The notes under the pieces are model-generated. The model saw only the letters and a list, made by a program, of their open reading frames with translations. It did not search any database and had not been told where the DNA came from. From Asterias rubens (Eukaryota): a stretch of 64,000 bases of DNA. The stretch lies in the NCBI RefSeq assembly GCF_902459465.1, contig NC_047081.1:4712001-4776000 (forward strand). Reading direction: 5' to 3'. The translations under genes and the position numbers were made by a program. This document shows positions 62,332-64,000 of this stretch, in pieces (within the stretch, counting starts at the first letter, position 1; each line of letters starts with the position of its first letter).

Positions 62332-64000
62332 CAGTTTGGTGAACTGTTTCTTCAATGTTTTCGTTGCAGATTTGAGGCAGTACCATGTCCTCAAGATAAA
62401 GATGGATTCATAATAGTTTTTGTAAGATACTGTAACTAATTCTGCCCGGCTACCTCTTGCCAGCAGTTTGCTGTCGGCCTATGCCTACTTGTCAAGGGTT
62501 GATCCGTGGTGGGATGTGCTTCAAATCGCTGATAGTGCATGAAAATTGTACCGACAAAACCTGTCGGACAATTGGAGTTAACAAAACAAATGAATATGAA
62601 GTGCAACATTTATCGGGGCATAAAATGTGTTAGGTCGGACATCTTGGTTGGACACAATGGGTTGGAGGTAACGGTTAGGACAGCGTGGGTTGGACATACT
62701 GGTTGAACGTAATTAATGGTATATGTGATGTAATCACACGTAACATATGCTTTAATAATTATGCATGTATTATGTACAATGTACTTTTAAGTATTCTGCA
62801 GAATAAATTGACATGTTATTTTGTCTTTTGGCAGGCTTGTTATAGAATAAAAAAGCCAACTTTAGTACGATTTTTGGTTGAAAATGTGATAAGGTCAGAA
62901 TTTCAAAAGTTTGCTTTAGACTTTTAGACAATGATGACCGTTATCTTAGGGAGATTATGTGAAACAATTTTGCTCAGAGTTGAAGTTCCATTGTAAAAAC
63001 TTATCATTTCTGTCCCATTTTAAATATCACATTGGATTACATTAAAGTTGTTCCATGTACAAATCCATGTCTATAAACCACATAGTGACTGTGTTTTGCA
63101 GGTGTTTTTTTTAGTGGCAGTAAATTTTTATACTAAAATGACTTACAACAAAATAATTAACCAAGTTTAAAATGTGCCCCTCCCACATATAATCATGGTA
63201 GGGTTAAAGTTCACACTACAAGTCAGCTTGTGGACTGCCTAAAACGGAACGAAAAGGTTTTACTAGACAAAGCATGTGACAACAAAACCAAATTACGGAA
63301 TTAGTTCTAAAACCTCCAGTGGAACAAAACGTTGCTCTGACCCTTTGAGTTATTGACAAAAAGTTCAAATATTTTCTAACACGCTGATATCTTTTCGTTA
63401 AATATTATGTTCCAGCATTGTTAGTGTTTGTATCATTCTTCATTGTGTAAATAAACTCAAACTGATCCAAAGTACATTTTTAACAAGTAGATTTTAAAAT
63501 GACGACCGATTGAAATGTTGAGGTCCGACAGGTTTTTGTTGACTCATACATCCTGCCAATGTTATACCTTGATATCGAAATAAGATCAAAAGTTTAGCCA
63601 GCTTGGCTTCACATAGAACTTCAATTAATTATTCAAATAATTATTTAATTTTGTCCAGAGACTTTTTTGAAAAAAGCTTTTGTGTTAATATTATTGACAA
63701 GGATTTGATGTATAAAAATGAGTCAATTCTAAACCGAGTTTTCTTGTGTAATTTTCTGTTTTCCCATTCATAACGTACACATGTAAATATATAAAGACAT
63801 TTAAAGTAAAACAATGTTTAAAAGTTTAAACCTTTTGCATTAAAAGTACTTAATAGTATTAAATGTTTCCATTGAAGGCATACTTAACTTTGTGATCCAC
63901 AATACCTTAAAACATTAAACTCAATTCCGAATGTAATAATTCTATCTTATGAACATTGAAGCTGATAATCAAATTCATAAACAGCAACACATAAGTATAA

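Overview
AT-rich eukaryotic (animal) genomic DNA, not prokaryotic. A sea-star or other echinoderm origin is inferred from the protein and repeat style only. One protein-coding gene is firmly supported: an NDNF (neuron-derived neurotrophic factor / Nord-like) orthologue on the + strand. Its three coding exons are 52307-52548, 55971-56089 and 57610-58982, with canonical GT-AG sites, matching phases and 577 aa in total. Two candidate non-coding first exons lie at ~43158-43297 and ~48738-49484, and a candidate 3' UTR runs to ~60840. The rest is intergenic or intronic and packed with non-autonomous elements: 18 copies of a TTAA-flanked ~370-bp MITE (family A), 4 copies of a near-palindromic TTAA MITE (family B), 4 copies of a GGCCCAATTTCAT-TIR MITE (family C), tRNA-derived SINE fragments and at least seven minisatellite arrays. 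The most striking non-genic structure is a 1,418-bp foldback/TU-like element (39140-40557). Its arms are inverted arrays of a 15-bp repeat, and it sits inside a family A MITE with a 9-bp target-site duplication. There is one 145-N assembly gap. No CRISPR array, rRNA or intact transposase was found. I could not support a wholly new biological system; the findings are mostly unusual element architectures and testable regulatory hypotheses.
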